Below are positions 36,201 through 46,928 of a stretch of DNA of 47,679 nt, piece by piece; position 1 is the stretch's first letter, and every line of letters starts with the position of its first letter. Origin of the DNA: a virus (lineage: Duplodnaviria > Caudoviricetes); the IMG/VR virus record IMGVR_UViG_3300005758_000086, positions 1-47,679 of that record. One strand, 5' to 3'. The notes beneath the pieces are model-generated. The model ran no database searches. It was not told where the DNA came from and was given only the letters and a program-made list of their open reading frames with translations. The position numbers and the translations under genes were made by a program.

Positions 36201-39017
36201 GGAATTAAAAGTGGCGGATTGACTCCAGAACAATTAGGTGCTCAGATTCCTATGACTGCTGGACAAATTATTCAAGGAGAAAATCAAAGAAGAGGCATAA
36301 GAGGAAGGCTTTCAGGAATGGCAGGTGGAGCAACTGGACCACTTATGGCTGCATCTATTGCATCAAGTTTTATTCCAGGACAACTTGGACAGGTAGCCCA
36401 GACAATCTCCATGGTAGGGTTTGCTGCATCGCTTTTGCCACCACAATTTAGATTGATCGCAGCAGGAGCAGGGTTGGCATATTTTGGATTTAAAAAGTTT
36501 AAAGGGGCTATGCAAGAGGCAGAAGATAGATTGTATGGGCTTGCAAATATTGCAGAGGTTACTAAAGAACAAACTAAAACTTTAGGAGAATTTTTTGCTA
36601 TTGTTCCAAGAAAATTGCCAGCACAAACACTAACTGGGCCAGGAGTGGCAACATCAGCACAACAACAGAGAATTAATAAGTTAAGAACAGATAAAGGATT
36701 TCAAAAAGAGTTTAGAAAAGATATCATTGGATTAAGAAGTGCAACAGATACCAGGGCAGCAATGTCTCAATTATTTGCAAAAGCAACAGTCTTAAGAGGA
36801 CAAGGGTTTTCTAGTGCAATGGTACAAACAATTATAGAAGCAATTAAACAAGAAGCAAAACGTACAGATATTTTTATTGATATTAAATCAATTGATTTTT
36901 CAAAACAATCTTTAGAAAAATTAACAAGCACTCAATCACCTTTAGTTAAAAATTTTAATAAAGCATTAAATACTGGATTAAAAGCAAGTGTAAGTCCTGC
37001 AACAGGAGAACTTGTTGAATGGAGAACGAATCAAGAAGAATTTAATGCTGCTACTAAAGCACTTGCTAATAATATAAATTCTATTGCAACAGGTGCTGCT
37101 GGAATGTTTGAAACTGGCGTTATTGGTGTTCAAAAATATAAGAATGCATTTTCTACGCTTACGTCTACATTAGAAGATGCAGGAGATAAACAAATAATTT
37201 TAAATGATATTCTAAAGAGATATGATAAACAATTAGGAACAAATACATCTAAAATAACTGAATATAAAGATCAATTACTTATATTTCAGGCAATTACTTT
37301 GGGCGTTGGAGAGCAAATAATCAGAAGTCTTGTAGCATTAAGCACTTTTGATAAAGGTGCATATACACAGGCAAAAGAAAGTGGCATGGCAAGAGTGCAG
37401 TTAGCCGATGAAATTGGAAAGAAGTTAACTGATGTAGAGAAACAAGTTGCAAAAGCAAGGGCAAAGGCCGCTGGTGGTTCTGGAGAATTAAATGCCCTTG
37501 AAAAAAGAATTAAGGCTATTAATGAAGAAACTAAAGCATATGAAAATATGATAAAACTTGGAATTGATGCATCTACTGCAAAAGAATTAGCATCAGATGG
37601 TGAAATTGCAAAATTAATGCAAACAGAAAAAGCAACGGGATCATTAATTAACAGAGTAAAAGAATATGCAAAAATTGTAAAGGCTCTTGAAGATGTACAA
37701 ATAGCAACAATGGATCAGGGTGATTATGAATTATTAAGACTTGAAAAGGCACAAAAATATCTTGAACTACAAAACGAACTTATTGATGTAAGATATTCTA
37801 AAGAACTTGATAGAAATCAAAAAGAACAAAATGCAAATAGTTATGCAATTGAACAATTAAATTATCAAGCATCAATTATTGAAAAAAGATATGACAAACA
37901 AATTTCTTCCTTAGAAAAAATATTTGATCTAAATCAACAAATTTCTGAAATTGAACAAAGAAGAACAACTTTGCTTAGCGCATTGTCCTCTGGAGATGTA
38001 TCAGCATCCGTTCAAGCATTACAAGAATTAAGAAGAGTAAGAGCATCACAAACTGCTCAAAATCAAATTAGTAATTTGACATTAGCAAAAGAAACACAAA
38101 TTGCTGCGTTAAGAGATAAAGAAAGCGGAAAAACAAGAGAAGAATTGCAAGATAGAAATACTATTCTTGAATTAAGAGAAAAAGAAATTGATCTTATCAA
38201 ACAAAAACAAAAAGACACAATCACTTATTTTAATATGACAAAACTTGAAATTGATAATGCTGTATCTCTTCTTAATCTTTCAAAGAATGCTGGAATTAAT
38301 ATTAACGACCCTGGATTTATAAACAATGTTTTATCAATAGCAAAAACAGAAGCATTTAACCTTAAAGAAGAATTAAAAAAGGTTGCAACAGAAGCAACCA
38401 ATGCGCTAAATGCTATGGCTAAACTTAGAGAGCAAAAAGATGATACAGGGCTAACCTTTACTGACGGCAAAGGAAAGGTGGGAGATTCTGGACAGACAGG
38501 CACTGGGTCTGCCATGGGAACAGGCGGTACAACATCAGGATCCTCTTTGTTATTAGGTGGACAAAGAGTAGATATTCCAGAACAGCCATTTACAACAAAA
38601 ACTGGAATAACTATTGGTGGTGCTTCAGGAGCAACGCAATATTCTCCACAAACTTCTTGGATAACTCAATATTCTAGTCAATTATCTCAAACAGCAGCCA
38701 ACTATCTTAAAGATAGGTTTGGGTTTAATATGGGTGGTGTAGTTCCTAAATATTTTGCTAGTGGTGGTTATGGTAGAGGAACAGATATAATTCCAGCAAT
38801 GTTAACTCCTGGGGAATATGTAGTTAGAAAAAATGCTGTAGATGTTTTAGGTTTAAATACAATGAATAAAATAAACAATGGAGAAATGCCTTCTTCAGTG
38901 TATAATTATAATCTTAACGTCAGTTTGAATGGTTCTAATATGAATCCAAACGATGTAGCAAGAGTGGTAATGCAACAAATCAAGCAGGTAGAATCACAAA
39001 GATTGAGGGGTTACTAA
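33213..39017 (+). CDS. tape measure protein
   Basis: 1934 aa, Ala-rich and helical; TP901-like core (ASEGANALKS); two PAMLTPGE motifs. Confidence 0.93.
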   Translation: MADANANIGINIDTSEALAQLKALQRQIAVFNTSVLRGSETVARAQRDMQQNLVNSINATGQFSAQIVNVRTATETFTNSLEKNKFSMREYFRYATASTKTFGRMFSKEFDTINKVAEDRVKRLQTQYIKLGRDAAGRMQAIGVMPTSLDMESVSTKTAIAAQKQALFNQLLKQGSTNLLNFGKNTQWAGRQLMVGFTIPLSILGNTAAKTFMEMEQAALKFRKVYGDLFTPQEETQRALENVNELANVFTRYGIAASQTVSLAAEAAAAGFAGNDLISQTTEASRLSVLGQIDQQKALETTISLQNAFALSGEQLAESINFLNAVENQTVVSLDDITTAIPKVAPVINQLGGSVKDLAFFLAAMKEGGVNASEGANALKSGLAALINPTEKASAMLAGMGINIKNIIESNQGNLQATVVEFAQALDKLDPLTRARAIEQLFGKFQFARLSTLFTNVIKQGTQSARVLDLTKASVEDLALTAENELGMVEETITAKFRKAVEQLKVSLMPLGETFLNAITPVIDFFSGLLERFNNLSDRTKKIVTIIVTAVAGVGPILLMTFGLLANGLANIIKLFGVLGLGFRRLKNPSQILTQQTQYLNSEQIDAAASAASLNQVHSNLIQTFNAEAGSIDKLISAYRRGIAAQKNFMASNPSAIRMPKKFAKGVISVPGSGNRDTVPAMLTPGEAVIPSKMAQKYAPLINGMIADNIPGFAKGLGIGDIKKQVGLYKAPPTILQQTKGKSWDTLQAEIDAVSEAVQSFGLSFNQMFNLIRKQASHISEDIQTISVGEEAVSVKNWKAQNLVADMGYINNYVDTLRKNTSIIDNFRKTNLDGVARELGISMVELNAELDKLRAGIHPVTRTSASVLQKVAASDTGYQGAAASAGLRARLAGTFYETIPSRSYNPMLDEKAAQNVQRKVSRLQQIAAGNLVTSVVAAVKSKQKSASPSRVAKGLGDDFADGYVQGIASGADDAAKAAAGITNAAIGGASQASRYSGIKSGGLTPEQLGAQIPMTAGQIIQGENQRRGIRGRLSGMAGGATGPLMAASIASSFIPGQLGQVAQTISMVGFAASLLPPQFRLIAAGAGLAYFGFKKFKGAMQEAEDRLYGLANIAEVTKEQTKTLGEFFAIVPRKLPAQTLTGPGVATSAQQQRINKLRTDKGFQKEFRKDIIGLRSATDTRAAMSQLFAKATVLRGQGFSSAMVQTIIEAIKQEAKRTDIFIDIKSIDFSKQSLEKLTSTQSPLVKNFNKALNTGLKASVSPATGELVEWRTNQEEFNAATKALANNINSIATGAAGMFETGVIGVQKYKNAFSTLTSTLEDAGDKQIILNDILKRYDKQLGTNTSKITEYKDQLLIFQAITLGVGEQIIRSLVALSTFDKGAYTQAKESGMARVQLADEIGKKLTDVEKQVAKARAKAAGGSGELNALEKRIKAINEETKAYENMIKLGIDASTAKELASDGEIAKLMQTEKATGSLINRVKEYAKIVKALEDVQIATMDQGDYELLRLEKAQKYLELQNELIDVRYSKELDRNQKEQNANSYAIEQLNYQASIIEKRYDKQISSLEKIFDLNQQISEIEQRRTTLLSALSSGDVSASVQALQELRRVRASQTAQNQISNLTLAKETQIAALRDKESGKTREELQDRNTILELREKEIDLIKQKQKDTITYFNMTKLEIDNAVSLLNLSKNAGININDPGFINNVLSIAKTEAFNLKEELKKVATEATNALNAMAKLREQKDDTGLTFTDGKGKVGDSGQTGTGSAMGTGGTTSGSSLLLGGQRVDIPEQPFTTKTGITIGGASGATQYSPQTSWITQYSSQLSQTAANYLKDRFGFNMGGVVPKYFASGGYGRGTDIIPAMLTPGEYVVRKNAVDVLGLNTMNKINNGEMPSSVYNYNLNVSLNGSNMNPNDVARVVMQQIKQVESQRLRGY

Positions 39018-39673
39018 TGGCCACTGGCTCATATATAACAGGTCGTAAAAGATACGGTAGACCACAGGGCGTTTTATGGTCAGAAAACTCTGGAACGCTC
39101 TCTGGTGGCGTTTATGTGCCAATTGGGCAGGAGATAGGTGCATCATCAACCCTAACCGCTGGCGGTATAAACCAATTTCTTATTCTTTCAGATCATAATA
39201 GGTCAGAAATTTCTTTTACTCCAACAAGAATAGAGCAAAGAGAAAGAATGATTAATGGCAATATGAGGTCATATCATATTGCAGATAAAAATACAATATC
39301 TTGGAATTGGACAAATTTACCATCAAGAGCCTATTCAAAACCAGCAAATTTTGATTCTAGTGGAGTCTCTACATTAAAATATGCTAACGATGTTGCTAAC
39401 AATAACTTTGAGTTTACGGCAGATGGTGGAGCAGGTGGAGCAGAAATATTAGACTGGTACAGAAATCATCAGGGTCCTTTTTGGATGTTTCTTGCATATG
39501 ACAATTATCCAAATTTTGGCAAAGATGTTTCAGGCATGAATCATTTTGCAGAATACAATGAAATAGTACAGGTTTATTTTGCTGATTTTTCATATGAAGT
39601 TGTTAAGCGTGGCGGAGGTTCAAATCCTCGACATGATTTATGGAACATATCTGTAACTTTGGAAGAGGTATAG
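39017..39673 (+). CDS. distal tail-like protein
   Basis: First gene after the tape measure; ends WNISVTLEEV. Confidence 0.6.
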   Translation: MATGSYITGRKRYGRPQGVLWSENSGTLSGGVYVPIGQEIGASSTLTAGGINQFLILSDHNRSEISFTPTRIEQRERMINGNMRSYHIADKNTISWNWTNLPSRAYSKPANFDSSGVSTLKYANDVANNNFEFTADGGAGGAEILDWYRNHQGPFWMFLAYDNYPNFGKDVSGMNHFAEYNEIVQVYFADFSYEVVKRGGGSNPRHDLWNISVTLEEV

Positions 39674-39674
39674 T

Positions 39675-42600
39675 GTGTTTTCAGGATCAGAATTAAAGTC
39701 TCATTTTGAAACAAGCCCAACTATCAAAATAAGGTCTTTGGTTTTAGCAGAATGGAATATGAATTTTCCTGAAAATATTTTAAAGTTAGGAAACTATCGA
39801 TATCGCCCAGGATCTGATGGAATATATGCAAGCGCACCTTCAGCATTTGATCCAATTGATGCTGGAAACTATTATACAAATGCTACTGATGCTGATATTA
39901 CAATAAACTCTGGATATGCATATGATTCAACAGAAGCAATTATTCCACAATCATTTACGTTTCAAAAAAATAATTTAAAGTTATTATATTCTTTAGAAGA
40001 CTGTATTAAGCCATTTAGACCAAGGTCGGGTATCAATAAAGCAAGTTATTTTAACGGAAGATATTTAAATCACGTAAACCAATATCTATCAACACGACCA
40101 AGATACTACATGCCATCAAGAGATGACTATTTTAAGTATTGGACTTCGTATAGAACCGAAAGCGGTATTGCAAGAGGAATTTCAAAAAATTTAAATAATG
40201 GAATATCTTTCATTGATGATACAGTTCCATTTGTTGTTTATAAAAACCCAGTTCCAGCAAATAGAATTAATATAAAAATGCAAACACATGTTGGAACAAC
40301 CAATCTTGGTACATTTCAAAATGGAACAACAACATTTGCCGATCCTTTTTATGGTTCTATTAATAAAGCGGTTCCTTCAAGATTTAAGATTCAATATTTA
40401 AAAAATAATCAATGGATAACAGCAATGTCTTTTGATGAAACATCTACAAGACCAGATGGTTCACCAATAATTCCTGAAGATGGAAATTTAGAGTTGTCTT
40501 ATGGTTTGGTTGTTCCAGATCAATTTGCAAATAATTTTGTTTTTGTTGGAAAGATAGCAAGTTCAAACGAATTACCAGAAAAAAATATTAATGGATATGC
40601 TTATTTAATTGTTTCAAGTTCAACTGACAAGGGCGTTCTGCATGTTTGGAATCAGTCAACTAAACAATATAATACATTTACACCACAATATAAATGGTCA
40701 TTAATAGGAAATGAAATAACATCTGAGTCTCAATTCGTAACCGATTTAACAAGTCCAGAATCATTTAAAGATACAACAACTTTAGCAATTGAATATAGAG
40801 AGTTTTGTTACATCAATGGAATTAGAGTGCTTGTTGAATCTATGACAAAGTCTGGAGTAACATTTGATTTAATTGAAATGTCTCCAAGGCTAATGGTTGA
40901 TTTATCTTCTAAAGTAGTTGGATATGAAATAAAAAAATCATTGTCTGATTTAGGAATTACATCATTGCCAGTAGGACAACTTTTAGCATCAACTGGATCT
41001 TTAACAATTTTTGATGATGATCAATCTTTTAATGAAAATAATAATCTAAGCATTATAAAAAATTACATAAATAAAAATATTAAGTTTTTGTTTTATGAAG
41101 GCGTTTTAGATGTAGGCAATGCAAACTACACTGTACCAATCAAAACGCTATATTCTGAAGGGTTTCCTCAAGCAGACAATACTGGTGTTACAATTACAAT
41201 ACAATTAAGAGATTTATTCTTTTTGTTTGAATCAATTAAAGCACCACAAATTCTGTTAACTGATGTCTCATTAAGTTATGCTGTATCAATTTTAATGGAT
41301 GCGATTGGATTTACCAACTATACGTTTTATAGAATAACAGATGAAAAAGAACCTATTATTCCATATTTTTTTATTTCTCCAGATAAAAGTGTGGCTGAAA
41401 TTTTAAATGAATTAGCAATATCAACACAAACTGCAATGTATTTTGATGAGTATAATAATTTTGTTGTTATGAGCAAAAATTATTTAATGCCAACATCAAC
41501 ACAAAGATCTAGTGATTATTCTTTAATAGGCTCAAATACACAACAAAAAACTGGCATTGTTCAAAATAAACAAATTGTTGGTAAAAACCTAGCGAACATT
41601 ATTTCAGTTGCTTCACAAGATAAAAAAATATATAATGCTGGCAGAATAAATTATACAGAAAGATATGTTCAAAGATCTTATGGATCTATTCAACAGCCAT
41701 ATGTATTAGACAATAAAAAAAGTTGGGTTTATAAACCATCATTGCTATGGGAGGTTTCTGGTACTGAAACAACAAAAACAGTAAATGAAAAATCATCTCA
41801 ACAGTCAACTTTTGTTCTTGCTGCCATGCCATTAAATTCAGATTTATCAGCCAATCTGCCTACTGTTGTAAATAATCAATTAACCAACAATGTGATAGAT
41901 GTTGGAGAAAACATTTATTGGAATACAAGATATCAAGGATATTTTTACTCACACGGAGAAATTATTAGATATGATGCTGTTCAGTTTAATGTTCCAATAG
42001 TAAACATAGTTGATGGTCAAGTGGTTGAAGTTACACAAAACAATGTATGGATTAGCAGTAATCAAGAATATCAAAATTATTTTTCTAAACTATCCTTTAA
42101 TGGAAAGATATATCCTACTGGATTAATTAGAATTTTTGCAACACCATACTATGAAACAGCAAATGATATTGTGAGAATGAAAAATGGACCAGTGTTTGAG
42201 CATGGAAGAGGTCAGTTTGGAACAGAGGTAACATCACATTCTGCTGGTTTACCACAACACTGGTCATCTAACGATAATGTTAGAGGTTGCAATATGCAAT
42301 CACAATGGCTTTTTAATATAAATCAAACTACAGAACTTCCAGCACTATCATCAACAAATGAGGCTGCAGGAGTAAATAATGATCTTGCCACAAAGTCATT
42401 GCGAACTGGAGTAATTAAAAATTTCCTTGCAAATTATGACAATAATGAAACTAGTGTTAATGTTACACAAACAACACAATCAGGAACCATTCAATCATCT
42501 GCATTTATTATGAATGGTCCTAGTTTTAAAACTACTGAAAACCCATTAAATTTTATTTCATATGTCTATAAGCCACTAGACTCATCATATAAACATTTTG

Positions 42601-44024
42601 GCACAAGGATGAGGATTGTCGGTAGATTAGAGAATAATGAAACTAAAGTGCAAACACCAATAGGAAGCGTATCATATTACCAAGTTCCTGGATCTGCGAA
42701 TCCAGAACAAAACATTAATATAGCAGGTGGATCTGGAGGAATTGCGGTTCTTTTAGATGAGAAAACAAATAATGGTTATTATTTTGAAATAATTGCATTA
42801 ACTGAAGGAAACATAGAATCATATACAAATCAGTCAGAAAAAATTAATAATGTAATTTTTTATAAAATTAAAAAAGATGCTGCAAATAACAATGCAATTC
42901 CAGTAAAACTTTATGGAGGGCTGGCAAAGATTATTGTAGATGATGGCGCATTTGCAGGACAAGAAAGAATTTCTGGGGATGAGAATAATACAGTTTATGA
43001 TCTATCAGTAGAATATGAAGATTTTAATGGCATTAGAAGATTTTATTTATATTTAAATAATAAGTTAATTGCTACAGTAGATGATGATAATCCATTGCCT
43101 ATTTATCATAATTCTGCATTGTTTGTTAGAGGTTCATCAAGATGTATGTTTGAAAATATTTATGCTTTAACAAATAATTATGCAAAAAATTCATCGTTTG
43201 CAGTAGGTAAGCCATTGTCATCAGCATTTGATGTAAACGATATAAACGTAAGCAATGCTTTTTCTAGATATTCTTTAAGTGGTTTATTACAAGCAACATA
43301 TCTATCTGGAATATCATCACAAAGCACACCAGACTATAAATTATATTTTGAAGAATTTGGTTCAATATTTAGAGAGTGTGCATATTTTAATATTAGATAT
43401 GATAAAGCATACCCAGCATTATATGCTAGATTAGCACCAACATTAAACAAACTAAAGGGGTACACTGTTTCAGGGTTTATTGCTGGCCCTTATGGTGCAG
43501 AGTTTTTAGTATTTAATAATACAGATACAGCGTTATCTTTGGATGAATCATCAGGAAATTATTTAAAAATACAAGGCGTTACATTCACTCAAGATACTGT
43601 TAATGAATATACTGTAGATAATTATTTTAGTAAACGAGGAAATTTATCAGATCCAGAACTATCTGGAACAACAGTACTTACGTCTCCTGTAATTCAAGCA
43701 AATCAATATAATGATATTAAAATAAGCAGAATGAATTATGGAATCAATGAATTTTCTATTGCTGGAGAATATATTCAATCACAAGACCAAGCAGAAGAAT
43801 TGATGGGGTGGATTATAAACAAAGTTATGACACCTAAAAAATCTATAGGAGTAGATATTTTTGCTACTCCAATATTACAATTAGGAGATATTGTTACTAT
43901 TGATTACTCTGATAATTCAATTGATTTGATTGCTAAGCCTTCCGACAGATTTGTAGTTTATAATATTAATTATGCTAGAAGTTCTAATGGACCCAAAATG
44001 ACGATATATTTGAGCGAGGTATAA
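39675..44024 (+). CDS. large tail-tip/baseplate hub protein
   Basis: 1449 aa; AMYFDEYNNFV and PILQLGDIVTI hub-type motifs. Confidence 0.65.
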   Translation: MFSGSELKSHFETSPTIKIRSLVLAEWNMNFPENILKLGNYRYRPGSDGIYASAPSAFDPIDAGNYYTNATDADITINSGYAYDSTEAIIPQSFTFQKNNLKLLYSLEDCIKPFRPRSGINKASYFNGRYLNHVNQYLSTRPRYYMPSRDDYFKYWTSYRTESGIARGISKNLNNGISFIDDTVPFVVYKNPVPANRINIKMQTHVGTTNLGTFQNGTTTFADPFYGSINKAVPSRFKIQYLKNNQWITAMSFDETSTRPDGSPIIPEDGNLELSYGLVVPDQFANNFVFVGKIASSNELPEKNINGYAYLIVSSSTDKGVLHVWNQSTKQYNTFTPQYKWSLIGNEITSESQFVTDLTSPESFKDTTTLAIEYREFCYINGIRVLVESMTKSGVTFDLIEMSPRLMVDLSSKVVGYEIKKSLSDLGITSLPVGQLLASTGSLTIFDDDQSFNENNNLSIIKNYINKNIKFLFYEGVLDVGNANYTVPIKTLYSEGFPQADNTGVTITIQLRDLFFLFESIKAPQILLTDVSLSYAVSILMDAIGFTNYTFYRITDEKEPIIPYFFISPDKSVAEILNELAISTQTAMYFDEYNNFVVMSKNYLMPTSTQRSSDYSLIGSNTQQKTGIVQNKQIVGKNLANIISVASQDKKIYNAGRINYTERYVQRSYGSIQQPYVLDNKKSWVYKPSLLWEVSGTETTKTVNEKSSQQSTFVLAAMPLNSDLSANLPTVVNNQLTNNVIDVGENIYWNTRYQGYFYSHGEIIRYDAVQFNVPIVNIVDGQVVEVTQNNVWISSNQEYQNYFSKLSFNGKIYPTGLIRIFATPYYETANDIVRMKNGPVFEHGRGQFGTEVTSHSAGLPQHWSSNDNVRGCNMQSQWLFNINQTTELPALSSTNEAAGVNNDLATKSLRTGVIKNFLANYDNNETSVNVTQTTQSGTIQSSAFIMNGPSFKTTENPLNFISYVYKPLDSSYKHFGTRMRIVGRLENNETKVQTPIGSVSYYQVPGSANPEQNINIAGGSGGIAVLLDEKTNNGYYFEIIALTEGNIESYTNQSEKINNVIFYKIKKDAANNNAIPVKLYGGLAKIIVDDGAFAGQERISGDENNTVYDLSVEYEDFNGIRRFYLYLNNKLIATVDDDNPLPIYHNSALFVRGSSRCMFENIYALTNNYAKNSSFAVGKPLSSAFDVNDINVSNAFSRYSLSGLLQATYLSGISSQSTPDYKLYFEEFGSIFRECAYFNIRYDKAYPALYARLAPTLNKLKGYTVSGFIAGPYGAEFLVFNNTDTALSLDESSGNYLKIQGVTFTQDTVNEYTVDNYFSKRGNLSDPELSGTTVLTSPVIQANQYNDIKISRMNYGINEFSIAGEYIQSQDQAEELMGWIINKVMTPKKSIGVDIFATPILQLGDIVTIDYSDNSIDLIAKPSDRFVVYNINYARSSNGPKMTIYLSEV

Positions 44025-44025
44025 C

Positions 44026-44574
44026 ATGGAATATTGGCAACAAGAAGACATTGCAAGCGCTGCTGCAACACCAATAGTTCCAGTGCCACCTGTGCCAGTA
44101 CCACAAATACCATCATATGTTAAATTAAGGGTAAGCGATCAGGTTAAAAGTGCTACTCCAGAGATTATAATTTCTGAAGAACAAGAATTTAATGATATAT
44201 TAGCAACAGATTTATTATTTGAAAATATTAGCAGTTATAAGTTATTACAAATATCCAGAACAGATAGTATTAGTGGTCAAAAATTTTATTATAATCCAAT
44301 TAAAAATTTATTTTCTATCCAAGAACAATACAATCCATTAAATATTATAAAATTACAAGATACCTCCTCAGAATACTTTAAAAATTATCCAATTAAGTTT
44401 GAGGAAAAAATACCAAAAATAGGAAATGGAGACAATGGTGGAAATGTCTATATGGACACCTCTGGAAACATTGTTGTTGAAACTGTTAATTTGGCTCCAG
44501 ATGAGCAAGTCGAGGTACAAATTTTTATAGGTGGTACAATATATGAGGCGGAATTACAGGATGAAACATCATGA
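44026..44574 (+). CDS. putative minor tail protein
   Basis: Coupled within the tail operon. Confidence 0.55.
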   Translation: MEYWQQEDIASAAATPIVPVPPVPVPQIPSYVKLRVSDQVKSATPEIIISEEQEFNDILATDLLFENISSYKLLQISRTDSISGQKFYYNPIKNLFSIQEQYNPLNIIKLQDTSSEYFKNYPIKFEEKIPKIGNGDNGGNVYMDTSGNIVVETVNLAPDEQVEVQIFIGGTIYEAELQDETS

Positions 44575-45770
44575 TAACTAACACAGGCAAGGCTATTATA
44601 GGCAAATATATGCTTGGTCAAGCACCAGCATACGCCTCCCATATAGCGATAGGATGTGGCAAAAAACCATTTCTTGCATCGCATACTTTAATAGTCGGTG
44701 AACAAGCAAATATACAATCTAAAGAAAATCTTGATTTTGAGATGCTTAGGGTTCCAATTTCTTCTAGAGGTTTTATTAATGATAATGGAACTAATAAATT
44801 AGTTCTTACAGCAGAGTTGCCATCAGAAGAAAGATATGAGATTACAGAAGTAGGCATATTTTCTGCTGGATCAAACAATCTTGCTGGTGCCTATGATAGT
44901 AAATTAATATTTGGTTTTACAGATACGGAAAATTGGCAGTACGACTCTGGATCTTCAATTGAAGATATAGTTAAAATTACAGAACAGTTAGATTCCACAT
45001 CTAGTAATGTAATTAGTACAATAGGCTTAGAAGACATTAATACTGGAGATATAATCTCTACAGAACTTTCAATTTTTGAAACCAATGCAGATAATGGTGT
45101 ATTTTTTAATGAATCTAGAATAGATAGATATGAAAGGGCAAGATTTTTTAATAATGTTATTTTAATGAGGGGTAACTCATCTTCTATATCTTTAAGCGGA
45201 GGACATTTTACAAATCTAACAGGCGACTGTATAGTTTATCCAAGTGCTACTGCATCTTTTGCACAAAATTCTCCAATTGATCAAATTAGACTAGCGTTTT
45301 CATTAATATCAAAAACATCAAGCGCTGATGTTCCAGATTCTGTTAATATATTAGTTAATTTTACAAATGCAGATGGATCTGAGTATGCAAGGTTTGAAGC
45401 AGTCGTTACAGATGGTAGTACATATCAAATGGACCCCGCTGATAGCACGTCAGATATAGATGTAGACTTTGCAACAAACCGATATTATGTTGTTAGCAAA
45501 TCAATTGATCAACTATACAAAAGTTCGGGATTTAATTGGGATCTCGTAACCCAGGTTCAGATTTATAGCAATGTAATAGATAGTGCAACACCATCTGCAA
45601 ATTATTATGTTGCATTAGATGCATTACGATTAGAAAATATTTCTTCAGTAAACCCTTTATATGGTTTAACTGGATATTCTATAGTACAAAATACTGATGC
45701 TACTACAGTAATTAAAAGTCAAAATACAAATAATTACATAGAGTTTAGATTTATTATTGAGGCATCCTAA
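44571..45770 (+). CDS. minor tail/baseplate protein
   Basis: MITNTGK...HIAIGCG...ITEVGIF N-terminal domain typical of fibre-anchoring proteins. Confidence 0.6.
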   Translation: MITNTGKAIIGKYMLGQAPAYASHIAIGCGKKPFLASHTLIVGEQANIQSKENLDFEMLRVPISSRGFINDNGTNKLVLTAELPSEERYEITEVGIFSAGSNNLAGAYDSKLIFGFTDTENWQYDSGSSIEDIVKITEQLDSTSSNVISTIGLEDINTGDIISTELSIFETNADNGVFFNESRIDRYERARFFNNVILMRGNSSSISLSGGHFTNLTGDCIVYPSATASFAQNSPIDQIRLAFSLISKTSSADVPDSVNILVNFTNADGSEYARFEAVVTDGSTYQMDPADSTSDIDVDFATNRYYVVSKSIDQLYKSSGFNWDLVTQVQIYSNVIDSATPSANYYVALDALRLENISSVNPLYGLTGYSIVQNTDATTVIKSQNTNNYIEFRFIIEAS

Positions 45771-46285
45771 TGGCTGATAAAAATATTAAAAAAACAATAA
45801 TTTCTCAATCACAGTTACCATCAATTGATAGAAATTTACAAGGTTATTCTGTTAGGTATAGAGTTATTTCTGAAGATAAAAATAGGACATCTCATTGGTC
45901 TCCAATTAGTTTAATACAACCAGAATATAATTTTGTTACGGGTCAAAGTAGTATTCATAAAGCAAATGCAAATCTTGTTATAGTTGCTTGGGATCCAGTA
46001 ACCATTAATCGAATTATTAATGGAACAACATATTTTATTAAAAAGGCTGCAGAATATGATGTTTGGATAAGATGGGGAAAAAATAATGATGGTGATTGGA
46101 TTTATGATGGCAGAGCGCAGTCTAGCAGTGTAAATTTGGTCATTCCAACAACATATTATATAAATGATGTAGATCAAGAACAGGCCCCTAATAGACTTAC
46201 AGTAGAAGTATATTTAAAGGGTGAGCCTATCTCAAGAAGTTTGGAATATTTAAAAGTTTATACATCAGGCCCACATACTATTTGA
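45770..46285 (+). CDS. putative minor tail protein (Fn3-like)
   Basis: YSVRYRVISEDKNRTSHWS, VAWDPV. Confidence 0.5.
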   Translation: MADKNIKKTIISQSQLPSIDRNLQGYSVRYRVISEDKNRTSHWSPISLIQPEYNFVTGQSSIHKANANLVIVAWDPVTINRIINGTTYFIKKAAEYDVWIRWGKNNDGDWIYDGRAQSSSVNLVIPTTYYINDVDQEQAPNRLTVEVYLKGEPISRSLEYLKVYTSGPHTI

Positions 46286-46308
46286 TGATATAATATAATG
46301 GAGGAATT

Positions 46309-46740
46309 ATGTCTATAATACCATTTCCACAAGTAGGCCAGCCACTTGATATATCTTATATATATCAGATAGTAACTGCCGTCAATGATCTTGCAACAAA
46401 GGTCTCTTCTTCAACTGGTAATTATGCAACAATTAATAATGAAACAGCAAAAACATCAAATCTTAAAGTAATAGCACAAACCAAAGAAGTTACAACAGGT
46501 AATGCAAGTGTTAATGCTGGATCTGAACAAACTTTTAATATTTCATTTTCATCAGCATTTAAATATGTTCCAGTTGTTACTGCAACTCCAGTAAATATAG
46601 GTGGCACACCATCAGGAAAAGAAGTTTCGGTTGTTCTAACAAGCATAACTACTTCTGGTGTTTCTGGAATAGTTAAATTTAATGCATCAGGCGTTTTATC
46701 CGTTAACGTTAATATTATTGCGGTTGGAATTCCTAATTGA
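46309..46740 (+). CDS. putative tail protein with H-type-lectin/gp53-like C-terminus
   Basis: ISFSSAFKYVPVVTAT...SITTSG...VNIIAVG. Confidence 0.55.
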   Translation: MSIIPFPQVGQPLDISYIYQIVTAVNDLATKVSSSTGNYATINNETAKTSNLKVIAQTKEVTTGNASVNAGSEQTFNISFSSAFKYVPVVTATPVNIGGTPSGKEVSVVLTSITTSGVSGIVKFNASGVLSVNVNIIAVGIPN

Positions 46741-46928
46741 TGCGATGTGTAAAATGTAATGGAAAAATTTTCATTGATAGGCAATATAGCACAAAAGAGC
46801 ACCTTGAGGTATACTGTATTATATGCGGAAAGAGAAAGTTTTATCATCCACCAGACAGCACACAAGAAGGAACATGGCTAATAAAAAGGGAAGTATTGAG
46901 AGCGAAAATTACAATGAGTCCCCTATAA
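46737..46928 (+). CDS. Zn-ribbon protein
   Basis: CVKC...CIICG. Confidence 0.65.
   Translation: MMRCVKCNGKIFIDRQYSTKEHLEVYCIICGKRKFYHPPDSTQEGTWLIKREVLRAKITMSPL

Noticed and set aside
35250-38820. Duplicated PAMLTPGE motif in the tape measure protein
   Set aside because: A common tape measure motif, not unusual
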